The position numbers and the translations under genes were made by a program. The notes under the pieces are model-generated. The model made no database searches, was not told where the DNA came from, and saw only the letters and a list, made by a program, of their open reading frames with translations. From assembly GCA_036172245.1 (NCBI GenBank), contig JAYWIR010000024.1:2604001-2668000 (forward strand): a stretch of DNA of 64,000 nt. Reading direction: 5' to 3'. Each line of letters begins with the position of its first letter. Positions within the stretch are counted from its first letter, which is position 1. Below are positions 25,111 through 38,240 of this stretch, piece after piece. Origin of the DNA: Raillietiella orientalis (Eukaryota).

Positions 25111-28100
25111 GTGCTGTCGCATGAAGAAAAGCTTCCGCAAACATTATTCGAGGGTCGGAAAGAGAGGCTGCTGCGAGGAAAAGAACGAGTAATGGGAAAG
25201 AAAGACGCTGCATACGAACCTGGACGAAAGGAGGGGGAGAACCTCATCAGGCTGCTTCGCAAGCTACCCTTAAAAGTAGCGTTTCTGAAGGGTTGCTCAG
25301 CATTAACAACCCTTGGTCGCAGTTCGTTTCAGGAGACAAAGGCTATGAATCATCCAAGACGTAAAATGCATGGATGGATGGAAAATTGAGTTAAGACTGA
25401 GAATGGCTATCCAAGAAAGTGCTTCCCTCCACGGAAACTGGTAGAGGGAACCATCAAAGCATGAACAAAATCATTGAGCAAGATATACATAAAGAGGCGA
25501 GAACGCTGGTAGATTTCTGTATGTGCGAATGAGATGATGCCAGGATGACTCTCCCAGAATGCTTTGAGCGGAAAGATGAAACACATTCAAGTTTTTATTT
25601 TGAAAATGCTAATGCGACTATGATGCGACCACAGACCGGAAAACCGCTCTGATCAAAATCACTCTTGACATGATTGCTCACTGAGAGGAACAAAGACACC
25701 AACAAACTGAAACGAACACACAAATTTCATGATTTTATGCTGATCCAATGTTTGGTTCAGAAAAAGGTTTTCCTAGAAATTAAAGTTCCATGGGAGGATA
25801 GGAATGTGCAGCGAACGCATTGCATCCTCCCACTGGAATCGGATTTAGAAGGAATGTTTCCATTATCCATTACCCCACATCCAATACACCAGGCACAAAA
25901 GCAACGATCGTTCAGATCAGGTGATGAATGTCTAAGTGGGAATCAAGCCAAGAAAAAAGTTGCTCTGAATTCCTCTGAAGGAACCACCTGCGTCCTCAAC
26001 GAAGAATGAAGGGAATTCTTTTCTTGAGCACAAGCCACGAGTCAACAAACCACCTCAAGGGAGCAGAAGAACCATCTTCAATCCTCTTTGTACGTCACCT
26101 GTTTTGATGAGGCAGTTTTCAAAGACCAGTCTGCTGGTTCCATTTTTTTTTTTTTTTCTTTTCTTTGCATCCTACGCTACCTGTATTGCTGCCATGTTTG
26201 TCCAGATGACCATTACCCTCGGAACAGGAAACTGTCACACCACGAGGTCTCAAGATCTCCTGAACACTTGCTCCATTACCACCACAAGGTAATAACGGAT
26301 CGAATTATCGTCTCCAAGAATCCCGACCGATGTAGACGAGACAAAGAAAAACAAAGATAACAACTTGCAAATGATCCTGTAGATTTCGTCGTGATTAACT
26401 CTTCCTGCTGCTAATCTCTTTAAACAAACACCAAGCAAGGGAAGCACTTTCATACTTCGTATGAATTTCCCATGGAAAACTTGGAGGGCATCTTACTTCT
26501 TTCCGTATAGCTAACACGTTCAATTATGGCAGAGGTTCCACCTTAATGATGATCGATGTAGCATTTCTGGTTTACGAATGGCGATCCGGGAGACTAAATC
26601 TTAAAAAGGGAGGATTCGATTACTGACCGAATCCCTCGTGCACGGCGATTGGCTTCGTCCTTTTCTAATCAAACGTCACGTGTCTGCTAATGAACACTTC
26701 AGTATACAAAAAAAAAATGCAAAACGAGAAGAACGGGCTTCCGGAATGAAGGTGTGCGACCCCATAACTCATCTACATAAAAATGAGGAAATCATAAAAT
26801 TTGGGACTTTTCTGGAGCCACGTGCGTTTTGCGTATTTATGGAAGCTGCGGACTGCTGCAGTGCTCCCTTTCATCCACAGGAAGTGGGAAACGGAAGCGG
26901 TGCTCTTCTTCTTCCCACCTCGTATTTCTGGAGCATCGATTCTTTCCCAAAAATCCTTCAAAGATGTCCGGTAGCTACCACCGGGCAGTGGCCACAACTT
27001 TCCGGGCAGAGTTGGTCTCCAGTGACACCTGACAACAATTTAACCCAGATCTTATTTCTCCTCATCTGAGATGGCAAAGACCGCTGCTCACGAACAACTC
27101 GCAAGAGATAAAAAGACAAGGCAATGTCTCCTCACGCTCTCGTTTCGGAAGTGCACACGACGGAAATTCAAAAGTTTTAAGTAAACTTGAGCATGGGTTT
27201 GCATTCACAATGCAAATAATGTGTCAGCATGATAACAAAAAAAAAACTATCATTATGCTACAGTGAAGACTGTGTTTGGTGTTCCCCAAAACAGGAATGC
27301 AGGTTTAGATCGTCTCACTAACTAAACCTCTGTGCAGCATAGGTTTGACCTTGGTTTGGTAGCACTCATCTTTTTTCCTTGGCAATTTGACGAAAGACCT
27401 TCATGAAGTATTCAGATGGTGACATCTTGGATTTCTTGTGCTTATAAGTTCATATTAATAGTAAAATTTATACTAACCGATTCGTGCTGACGTTCTTCTC
27501 CATGAGTGCATTGGCTATCTATCCATGCAAAATATACACACATAACATGCTAATGTGCAATGAAAATAAGATATTGCAATAATTAGCGTGCAATCCTGCA
27601 TAACTGTAAACCGAAGCATTCAAATTACAACCGAATGTGTTACGAAAAAACTTTTTTCAAAGTTTTCATTCAATTATTATCTGAAAATGAAAACCAGACC
27701 TACACATCTGTGACAAAGTTTGCCAAAGTTAAATGCAAAACGCTAAACTATTTGTTGATGAAACTTGTACATTAGAAACAAATCTGTGAAAGTGAACAAT
27801 CTTTAAATTTCCATCGCATGTTGGCTCTGGTTATCGTAATTGGAAGGTTATTTTCTGCTTTTTTTCTACAAATTAGTACCTGCAAACTAAAATGCCAAGG
27901 TTGACAACTTACTCCAAAGGATTAAATGGACCCTTGAACCATAATGAAATTCAGCATCACATTATTTTTTAGCCCCCTTTGGGAATATTATAAACAATCT
28001 TCGCTGATACATTACCGCTTAATATAATGTAGTAGCTCTGAAAGAAAAATGGCCACATATTGGATACTTTTTTTTTTGAGGAAGTCTAATCCTAAGTCTA

Positions 28101-31100
28101 ATCAAATCATCACATTCACTTGTGATATTTCGCATTGTATCTTTCTGTAAGAAATCCCTTCTTGTTCCTTTACTGTGAAAGTTTGAAAGTTGGTTCCATT
28201 TAGTTATATGATTTATTTATATGCATGGAATGAATGTTAACATTTTTCATACATAACCCAATCATATGTAGACCATTCTTAAAATCTAGTTGTCTTCCCA
28301 ACAAAATGCTGCAAACACATGTACTGAGATAATGTTAACCCTTAAATATGTTACTGGACATCCCAACAGGAAACTTTAACCCTGAGCTCTTATTTGTTGA
28401 ACAATTTTTTCAAGTATTTGTCAGAATAGAAAACGAGAATTATAGCAATAATCGCCAATTCTTTACAAATTGCTACATAATCCTTATTCATTATATGACA
28501 ACTGTTCATCATCAAAAAGTATCAGCAGTTGTACTTGAAATGCTAAATTTTCATAGTCACCAATTCAAATCTCTTCACCTTTCCCAGCTTTCCCTTGAGA
28601 TTGAAAAGAGAATCCACAGTTTCAGTTCTTTTAAGCTGTTATTTTGTTTACATTATGATTTCTCAAGTTTAAAGGAGAACCAATACAATAGTTTTTGTCA
28701 CAAAGTCTTCAGTAGCCATACCTAACAATGGTAGGTTGTAACTAATAAACAGTCACTGTGAAATGCTAACTAAATTCCTGCACACAAAATTTTACACTTT
28801 TATTTTTTTTACTTTCCTATTTGTAATATTACCATGAATATTTACATGAATTGACTACATTTAGAATAATAAAAAAACTGACAAATAGAATTTTCAGGAG
28901 CAGTGCTCATAACTCTCATATAGAATTACCTGTGAACTGTAGTTTAAACACTATCCTCAACAGATTTTAGATAATTACATGAATACTACCTGGGACTAAT
29001 ATTTCTACTTTTCCACGTATCAACAAATTATAAAATAATGATGATTTGGGACTGAAATCCTTCTATACAGACCAATACATAATGCACACAGTTTGTAGTA
29101 CATGAAGCTTCTATTCTAAACAAGTCGATACATAAATACTTGTCTTTTAATAGTGAATTAATGCAACAGTATGTTGAAGCATATCAACCAAAGATGCATT
29201 CTTCTAGCCTGATGTGTAAAAACCTGACTGAAATTAAAGACAAACTTATATTTGCAGAAAAACAAAACAGTACTATCAAATAACATTTTTGCTGAAGTGG
29301 TGGCAATAAATACGCAAATTAGAATTAAGTTTACTCAACAACTGCCACCAAAGTGAGATCTAAGTGCCAAACTCTTCAAAGGTGAAAAAAATTTCAAACT
29401 TCAATAACTTAGGCTCAGGAGAATAGAATAAGTTCATATATGCATGAAACATCCACTCTTAATTCTGCATAAATACAAGAAAATCTCAAAAACAAAATGT
29501 CAATCAAAATTTCCTTTCTACATAGGATACAATATGGCAAAGCTCCTTTAACAACTTTGATATTTTGTATCCCTAAGGAACTAACAAACCCTTGAAAAAA
29601 CTCAAAAATTACATAAGCAATACCAGTATCAAACTCACAGATATCATTTCAAAAGAGTATTGCAAGCTAAGTACTTTTTCCATATTACATTTTTCCTTTT
29701 ATGTTTTCGTAAATTACAAAACACTATACATAGAGAGATGTCAAAGAATAAATTCCCTTGTAACAACAGCCGATGTCATTTTTCTCTTATTCGTACTATC
29801 ACACAATAGTATTCTTATACCATCTTCACACTATTGGCACGAAATCTTTACATATACAATTCGTACGGTAACGAATAATCAATCTTGCATCTCCATTCGA
29901 CATGGAAAATGCACTCAGCATTGAACTAGCAACCAACTTCATTCTCATATTAAAGGTCTCTGCCTAATTCTCTTAAAACTGGAAATCACACAAACATGGA
30001 ATGATTCAATGGCATAATTGAAAGCACAAATCTCTGAGATATGAACACAGAATTGAGGACTAATGCAGCATTCCTGAGATGAAGATACCATATTGGAAAG
30101 TATGATTTGACAGATGGTTTTGTTGCAATGTCCATATCCCTAGGAGCATTTCGGCTACAATAAAAGAGAAAGGAAATCAAAGTAAATTAAAAATGATGCA
30201 TTGATAGCATGCTATCGACATTTTTTCGTTGGTTTTCCAAATGCAAAACGTTTTATCACAAGGATATACTGTAATTTGTGGTAAAACATTTGCAATCGTA
30301 ACCATCACTTTTTCACTATTTCAAGAGTAAGAACTCGTGTAAAGCGATAAGGTAAACCTAATACGCTTATGAGTCCAATGTTCCTCCATATTGAGAGTAC
30401 CAGATCACCTATGCAAATAAAAATAAAAAAATACCAGATCACCTGACAGCTTTATAACATCAATTCACAACTTGCTTAAGTCACAATATTGAAATTCAGC
30501 TTACTTCATCTGCTCTTTTGTTCATGAACAAAAAATTTCATCGTGATGCACAGCATTCACAGAAACACTTTCATTAACCTCTGGACAAAATTTGTGCAGA
30601 GATTTTTCAAACAGTTTTTTGAAAGAGGATGCGAAGGTGCATTCGATTAATTAGGATTACACTCCAAATCTGGAAATATCTTTTAACCCGTCCCATGATT
30701 CTTTGATTTATTCGTTTCTATGATGTCAGTCTGTGGCCCTCGGTTGAAGCAGAAGTAGATCAGATTGCATACTACTGAAGAAATAGATTAGACACCAGAA
30801 TGGAATATATATTACTGGACTGCAATCTAATATTTCAACTGGATGGGTAAACTAGCTCCAAAATGCTACGCTAGAAGATGTGGACATTATTTTGTAGTCA
30901 AACGTCCACAGTTTAAAATAGAATACACTAAAGTAGAAAAAAGATGTAATTTCCATAGCTCGGCACTCCTGAAATACAGTGTTGATTTCGATCTGAGGTT
31001 GGCTAATTTTCAAAGTTAATTTTTGTTTGAGAATCTGAAGCAAAAGATGCTCAGCAGGCACGCGCTCAGTTCATTGATTCGAATGAGTGATTTTCGCATA

Positions 31101-34100
31101 AATTCGAATGCACTCAAATGGCAACTGTTCTTCTTAACACATTGAGATGATCTATATTTTCCTCATCCAGGATTGGAATGCATCCTTCCCACCTCTGTGT
31201 CCCTATTTGGTCCGTTTGTGTTGCACTTCCGCTTTTACAGAACGAAGGAACGAAGTGTGCTCCGAAGCACGCCTCGCCGCGACGTCTCTTCAGCAAGGTG
31301 CTTTTGCCGAGCTTCTACAGATATGGGAGCTCTTCCCATTTATGACAGCAAATCCCCAGAGAGAACACACGGGGAAGCAACCAGATTTCGAAATTAGTGG
31401 ATGAAAGAAGTGGGGAGAATGATTTCTTCCCTAGGAAATCGGGGACAGATCTGGTCTTCCAGAAGCTGCAGAGCAAGTCATGAAATCTATTTCTGAATAG
31501 GTACACGCATGAACGTCGAGGTGAATGCCACCAAGGTAGCGGCATCCTCATCCAAAAGTGAGATATCGATTTCGTTTATAACTGGCATCCAGGAAGTGCC
31601 GACTCGCCGGCTGGCGTATGTGAAATTGCATACATATGTACACCGCACGTTTTGAAAGGGACTCCTCTAAGTAGAAAGAGAAAGAGAACTTTTGTCTTTT
31701 CTTCCTCCTCCCCCCAACGCACAGTCACAAGGCGTGGAAGAGGAGAAGTGAAATATGGTTCATCTGTTGATAAACGCTCCTTGAAATGTTCCACAAGATG
31801 AACAAAGTCCACGAGCAACGGAGGGTCTTGATCGGGGTCATGGAACTGCCCGCCGCACACGCAAGTTGGCAATTACTGTGGACCCTCTCTCGTTAAGCTT
31901 TGGAGCTCCCCCCGTCGTGATTGTGCTATGCGGCTTCAGCAGCACAAGGCGAGAGGTGCTTCGACCAATGACACTTTCTCTGTCGCTCACCCTCATGGAG
32001 TCCAGGCGAACTGCACGCTTCGCCGATTCCCAATGAGCCAAGAAACTTCTGAGATTTCGCAGATTTTCCCATACATATTGCTGATTTGCACCTCGAGTGG
32101 CTATTTGAGTGGGTAGGGCCTTGGACAAGGAGACCGGTAAACATGTCTTGGGTATGAGATGTCCATCAGGAGCCTTGCCTCGAGTGCTACAGGGTGGAAA
32201 ACTCTACATACAGATCTGTCTTCTGCATCCGGGATGCAGTGTTCTTTGACAGGCAGGAGAGACCCAAAGAGACTTGCAGTTCCATTCTGAGCACCGTTCG
32301 AAGACCTCCCCGTTGTCGTGGAATATTTGTTCATAGTGAAACTTCTAAATTTGCTTTCCATAATTTGATACATTAAGCACATTTCCTCTAGAATAGATGC
32401 CTATGTACGAAGCTCATTTCAAAAGTAATGGCCGAATGGCCATAAAGGAAGAACAAATAAGAGAAACCAAAATGTATTGGTGGCTCCAGACACAAGCATC
32501 CCCATGTCATTTTTCTACATGGTCACCAGTTTTTCCCAAACACTTTGGATACCGTGGAACGAGCTTTTTGAAACCATCTGCATAAAATTCCTCCGCCTGG
32601 GAGTTCAGCCAGTTCAGAGCTGCAGTTTTCAGCTCCTCCTCACTTTGGGAAAAAAACATGGCGACTACCTAGAAAAATGACATATTGACGCATGTGTTTA
32701 GAATACATACACTGATACATTTTTGCTTCTCTCGTCTGTTCTTTCTTTATATCCGATCGACCCTTACTTTTGAAATTCGTACTTTTTCTGGTCCCAAATG
32801 ACGTGATTCACCGGAGCTTGACACGGATTAGCAAAGAAATGGGCTAAATTCTTTGTCCCTTCCTACGCTCAGTCATACATTCGGGACTTCCGTTTGGGTA
32901 CTGAAAGAGCCCATATCGAAGTTCTTTTGCGTTATCTTCAGAATCGTCGACCTCGGTAAAGATGCGAAGCGGGGTCTGAGGGCTGGAATCCCAAAGGTGA
33001 TTTTTTGATTCTCTGGCTGCTGGTTCCATCTACTTGATAAGGAGTCGAGCGGAACGAAATGCAGAAGCGATTTCCTTTGGAGAAGAGAAACCTTGAAAGT
33101 TGCGTATGGAGTAGCAGAATCACTTGTTTTCAGCTGCACTGATAGTTTGACTCCTCTCTTGCCTGACCCGAAGCTCCCGTAAGAACTAAGAGTGGTTCTC
33201 GATAGCAAAATATCGGAAATATCCTTCCACTGAGTACCAAGGCAGGCACCACGATTCCGACATCTCTGTTTCTCTCTCTCTATATATATATATACAAGAA
33301 AAGAACTTACGTTTGGTTCTTGACATTCTTTCATCTAAAGCGCTCCCTGGTGCCTTGGAGGCATTCCAGATGGCTATCTCAGAATTTCATATTTCATTGG
33401 AACTTTCATCTTGTAGAGATTTCTGTAACATTTTCTGTAGGGCTTTGTGTCCCCAGAGAGAAGTTCCCAGCGAGAAGAGGGTAGCAGAGGTTGCTTCTCG
33501 GAGGACCGGCCTCCAGGCAAGAGCTAAAGAAGCTGGTGGTGAAATGGGACTGCAGACACTTTTATAGCACAATTTCATACTATTCGTAATCATAGTGACC
33601 TTTCCTTTTGTTTTCTAACGATTTGGGGAATGAAATGGTTCTCTTTGGTGAAATTTCAAGCATGTATCGATCTTTATCTCTACATCTCCAAAAATTTCTT
33701 CGTTTCGTCAGAGCAGTTGTTATTTACTCAGAATTTCTTATCCACGTGACCGCGCTTGAGTTTCTGGCAAGTACTTCACTACTGTAAGCAGAGAGCTCCT
33801 CGATCTTTCGTGATTTCATGCCAATGAACTTTCTGCCTTTAACGCGTAGGAAGGGGGAAATCCAATCAGGAATTTTTTGCGAAAAAAACCCGAAAATGAA
33901 AGCTGTGATTCGAGTCCGATTTCAGAAGCAAAGAACTGTCATGGACGGTGCAAATAGAATCTTACACGGGATTCAAGTATGTAGGTACAAGTCGTTTTGG
34001 AAAATGAGGATGGCTTCCCAGTGAAGCGAAGGTGAGCCATGGAAGAGAGCGGGCAAGACGGGGAGGTTGGTGAATGGACGTGTTGCTAGGGTCAGCTCTC

Positions 34101-35079
34101 GTAGCATTTCCAGCGACCAGCCACCGGGAAGGAAAGGAAGGAGCAAAAAGTCCTTGGGACTGGGTCACCGATCGAAACCCAACGAACGTTCAGGGTGCTC
34201 CATCTGACGACGTGAACACCCCATGTAGGATGTCGCAGAGGTTGCTGACGTCTGATCCTACGAGGGCACCGCGTGCCCGTTGGTGGAAACGAACGTTGCA
34301 TGCGTCTGGGGAGCCCGTAGGCAAACTTTGAAACTTTTCACATGCCGAATTGGATTTGATTTTCCTATAAAAGATGAAGAATCAGCAGATCAATTCCAGG
34401 CGTTCTCCATGAAAAGAAAAAAGCTTCTCGTGAAGTTTCAGAGTACATGGAAAGATGATGGGGGAATAACCTTAAACTGAAAATTCTCCCCATGATAAAT
34501 CGGGACAGCCAGTAGTCTGGAAGCTACACGCAGCACCAAATGGCAATTCACTGCCTAATCATAATGCGAAATTTCCAAGTAAATAATTAGCAAATAAATG
34601 ATGGCAAACGATGTGAGAAATGCACGATCATCGTCCACAAAATCAAACAAGTCCGGTCGCAACCAGACAACCCTGATCCAGTTGTGTTTATGGTTATTCG
34701 AACCTAGATCCCTCACTTTTTCTCTACCTTAGACTGGAAACTAAACATTCACAAGAACCCCGAAGAGCATGCACACTCCTGTTTTAGAGTTCTGGTGCGT
34801 TTTCCTGAGACCTTTCTGACGTTTGAAAGTCACAGATTACCTAGTGATGATAAGGCATTAAATGGGTGAATTCGGGTTTGTGGAGCCTTTTTGTCAAAAT
34901 TCATCTATATTTAAAAGACCTGTGTACAGACATTGGAAGATTTCACAATGCATCACGATGAGCTGAAAGCTTTCTAAAAAAAAGGAAAAAGAAAAAAAAT
35001 GACGCTATTTATTTAGGTTGCATTACCTTGAATACTCTTTAAGGTTTCATATTCTTCCTTAGCAGCATCTTTGGTGGTT

Positions 35080-35220
35080 CTACGAATAATGATCATGCCT
35101 ATGCGCAACATACATCCTCAAGCACTCCATCCACTTTGCTCATTATATGCACTCAGATCCACCATTAAGAACTTTTCCCGTCGCTATTTGCACTCATCTG
35201 ATCTTCCTCATAATTCATGA
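35080..35220 (-). mobile_element. Highly decayed LINE AP-endonuclease fragment (RTE-like)
   Basis: Frameshifted KVLNGG/DLSA/HIMSKVDGVLEDVC resembles the GGDLNAHVG motif. Confidence 0.3.
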
Positions 35221-35861
35221 CAATCAACTGTTCATTGATCCTCACATCCTCTGCCTATGTGGATAGAACGTAAAGTACGAATCCAATCCTAGATACGAAA
35301 GAGAATTATTCCGAATTCATGAATACTCCCGTTTCGGCACTATTTAATTTTGCTTCTTATAATACGACAATTTCGCCGAAACTCCCTTTGACTTTGCAGC
35401 TCCCGAATGCAAACATCAGACCTAACTTGGTCCGGAGGCTGCAAACGGTCCGTGTCCTTCGTGTAGATCGCACACGCTACCTGCAGCGGACACTTGAACC
35501 TTCTTCGAATACGAAGGCAACAACGTGACCATTCGGAGACTTTTCAATCAAAAGGGCTGATCCACTTAGTCACAAAGCCATTCAGTGTAGCAATTCATCT
35601 TTCTTGAAATGATGCATGTTTGTTTCCCGTGAGTGATAATGATCATTCCACAACAAAAAAATGATGACGTAACATCGAAACGGTCTGTTTCCCAGCAGAA
35701 GATTGCCATCCGCTATTCCCCACAAACAAATCAACAGGTGCATTCGTTGACACGCAGATAGGAACTGAAGTTGCCGTCATCGACGTGGTTGTTTGTCAGC
35801 CTCACTCCCGCTGGCTTCCTCCGTTTGTTTTTTTTGCTTTTCTTCGGATTTTCCTTTTTTT

Positions 35862-37946
35862 GGTTCTCCGAGTACCTCAAGAGCCATCGCGCGCCAGGGG
35901 CGAACAGCTCTTTCGCACTGTTCCACGCCACCCGAGGGTGAGTGTAATTCTTCAGGATAGAGGGTACCCCGGGTAACCGCCCTATGAATCCAGGAAGGAC
36001 TCCAGGGAAGGGAGTTCGTTCCTCTCACTCCTGGGGAGGGATCTTCGAAGAGAGTCTCCTTCCTTAGTTCCCCCGGAGGGACCTCTGGAGGGGTCTGCTC
36101 CATTTTTCTTCTCCCAAGGAAACCTGGAAAGGATCCTCTAGTAGAGATTTCTTCTCTGGAGGTGCTCAGCGTCGGGACGCTGGTCTCGGCCTCCTGACTC
36201 TGGATGGAAAATCAGCTGCGGTTGCGAACCTTGGCCATTGCAGAGACGTTGTGGAGTACCCCATGATGCGTTCCAGCACGTCTCTTTGCCAGCCGTGAGG
36301 CCGGAAGGAAAGGACTCGCATCTTTTTTCTCGTGCTTTCGCTCCAAGATGCGAAGATGCGATCTCCTCCTGGGTCGCATGGTTACCCTGGAGAAGGAGAA
36401 CGACTGGATGGTCTTCTGCCCCAACAACTCTATCTCATGGCTAGAAGAAACAGTTGGCGAGTAGGCGGAGATCCACGAGACGAGAACCGAGAAATGGAAC
36501 TGCCTGAGATTCGGCAACCACGCCCACTGTTTGCTCCGAGAGGTCCAGGAGTCTCCTGGCAGGAGCACGTGAGCGGAGATGACCCCCCTCGCTGCAACAC
36601 TGCTCTTTCTGAGGAGGGCAGTAGGCAGCAGCCAAGTTGGAAGCTTGCTGCAAGATTGTAGTCAAAAAGTTGATGAGTGTTTGGACCACGGGACAGCTGG
36701 AGGACACAGCGACCCGTAGGGTCCCTCCACGAGGAATACAGCGCTGGGTCGAGCTGCTCGGCATTTCATCAGAAGACCTGGAGTGTCCCCCAGTGATGAA
36801 GGACACGAGCACCTTCCCCTGAAGTGGCAGGAGTCGTCGCTGCTGCTGTTGCGCTGGGGCTTCCTCTGCAACGCACACCGATACCATTGGACTCTGGGGA
36901 GGGTAAATCTGGACTGTGGCTGGTCTGGGTAACGGGAATCCCTCCTGCATTGTGAACAGTGGACTGTGCTGCCCTCCGGCCCCTATGGGAACGTTTTGCA
37001 ACGACCCTCCGGATTCCGGTTGGCAGTCCCCCCAGGGACGTTTCATGTCTCCTCTGAGTGTGGGACGCTCTGCAGCTAAACGCAGTCCCAGCAGCACTTT
37101 GCTACATCAGCAGGATTGTGGTGGCATGGAGCGAAGCCGACAGAGGAAGAAACGGGAGGGGCACCGTCCAGTTCGCCGTTCGCTTCCTGCGGATGACGGC
37201 AAGATGGCTCCAGCTGGAAATTAGCCGGACGGACCTTGCTGGCATCCTGGAACGGATGCAGACTCCGTCCAGCTGGCAGTGATCCCCTTACCGCCCCTCC
37301 CAAATGTTTTTGTTTATTTTTATTTTTTTTTCATTTTCGTTTTCTCCCCTTCTTCTCCGCTGCCGAGGCGACCCCTGCCGGTCTACGCACCGGTGACCCG
37401 GCAGGTCCATTGTTGAGTTGGCCGTAGTAGGGCCTCGTGCCACGAAAGTTGTGAGTTTATTTTCATCAATAAGCGCCCTTGCACGACCGGGTGATAACTC
37501 CGGAGGGAACCCGCAAGGGAACCGCTCCCTCTTTCCTCCTCTGAAGAGAACCACGAAGGGATGCCTTCGAAATTTCTCAGAAGGGCGCTTCCCCGAAGGG
37601 AACAGGCACGCTTCTCTGCACTCTGGAGAGGTACCACAACTACTCCATGATACGAGACGGAGGGCGCTCCCGAAGGGGGGTCCACTCCTTTGCACGACCA
37701 GAGGGAAACTACCCACTCCTTGATTCTGTTTCCTGGAAGGTCGATTCCCAATCCCGGCCACTCATCGGGGGCATCCGGTTTGCACCGCTACCAGTGGAGC
37801 ACCCGAATGAATGGAAGCCAACCAGAGTCATCTTGCGGGGGAAACTCGAACCCACGGTTCACACAACTGGGTTCGGCGTCGATTCTTGTCGAGTGTCCGC
37901 GGTGCCACGCGCGGACACCGCGACCACGTGGCCTCCAACGCGGGCA
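35862..37946 (-). mobile_element. tRNA-headed SINE copy 2, split by retrotransposon copy B (pieces 37498-37946 and 35862-36162)
   Basis: The two pieces rejoin collinearly with copy 1 across the 9-bp TSD; an A-rich tail follows. Confidence 0.75.
36163..37497 (+). mobile_element. 5'-truncated L1/Tx1-like retrotransposon, copy B, inserted antisense into a SINE
   Basis: Starts at RRDAGLGLLTL (homologous to copy A), degraded CCHC region, ends gaccgggTGATAA; 9-bp TSD ctctggagg (36154-36162) / ctccggagg (37498-37506). Confidence 0.85.
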
Positions 37947-38240
37947 AGGATGCATGTTGTTTCAAAAACCGTTGTTTCTCATTTCCTCCGTTTCCGACGC
38001 GTGGGAGGAGATGCTTACGAGCTTCCGTGAAACCAGACGTGAGCATTACACGAGCATTTTCACGTTTCTGGAGGATGTTGACAAGGGAACAAAAATTTAT
38101 GGAGCTCCGACCTCGTAAGAGCTCTCCTGTCGCCAATTTCATCGGAATTCGTTGCTTGCATCTTTGGCATCAATGGGAAATAGAAGATTGAATGATAGAG
38201 CCATTCCGTTAAGACTCGAAATCACAGAAGAAACAACACT

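Noticed and set aside
28417..28516. Minus-strand box C/D snoRNA candidate (TTTG-ATGATGA...CTGA-CAAA)
   Set aside because: Only a 4-bp stem with non-canonical kink-turn spacing, no clear C'/D' boxes and no recognisable rRNA complement; plausible by chance in AT-rich DNA.
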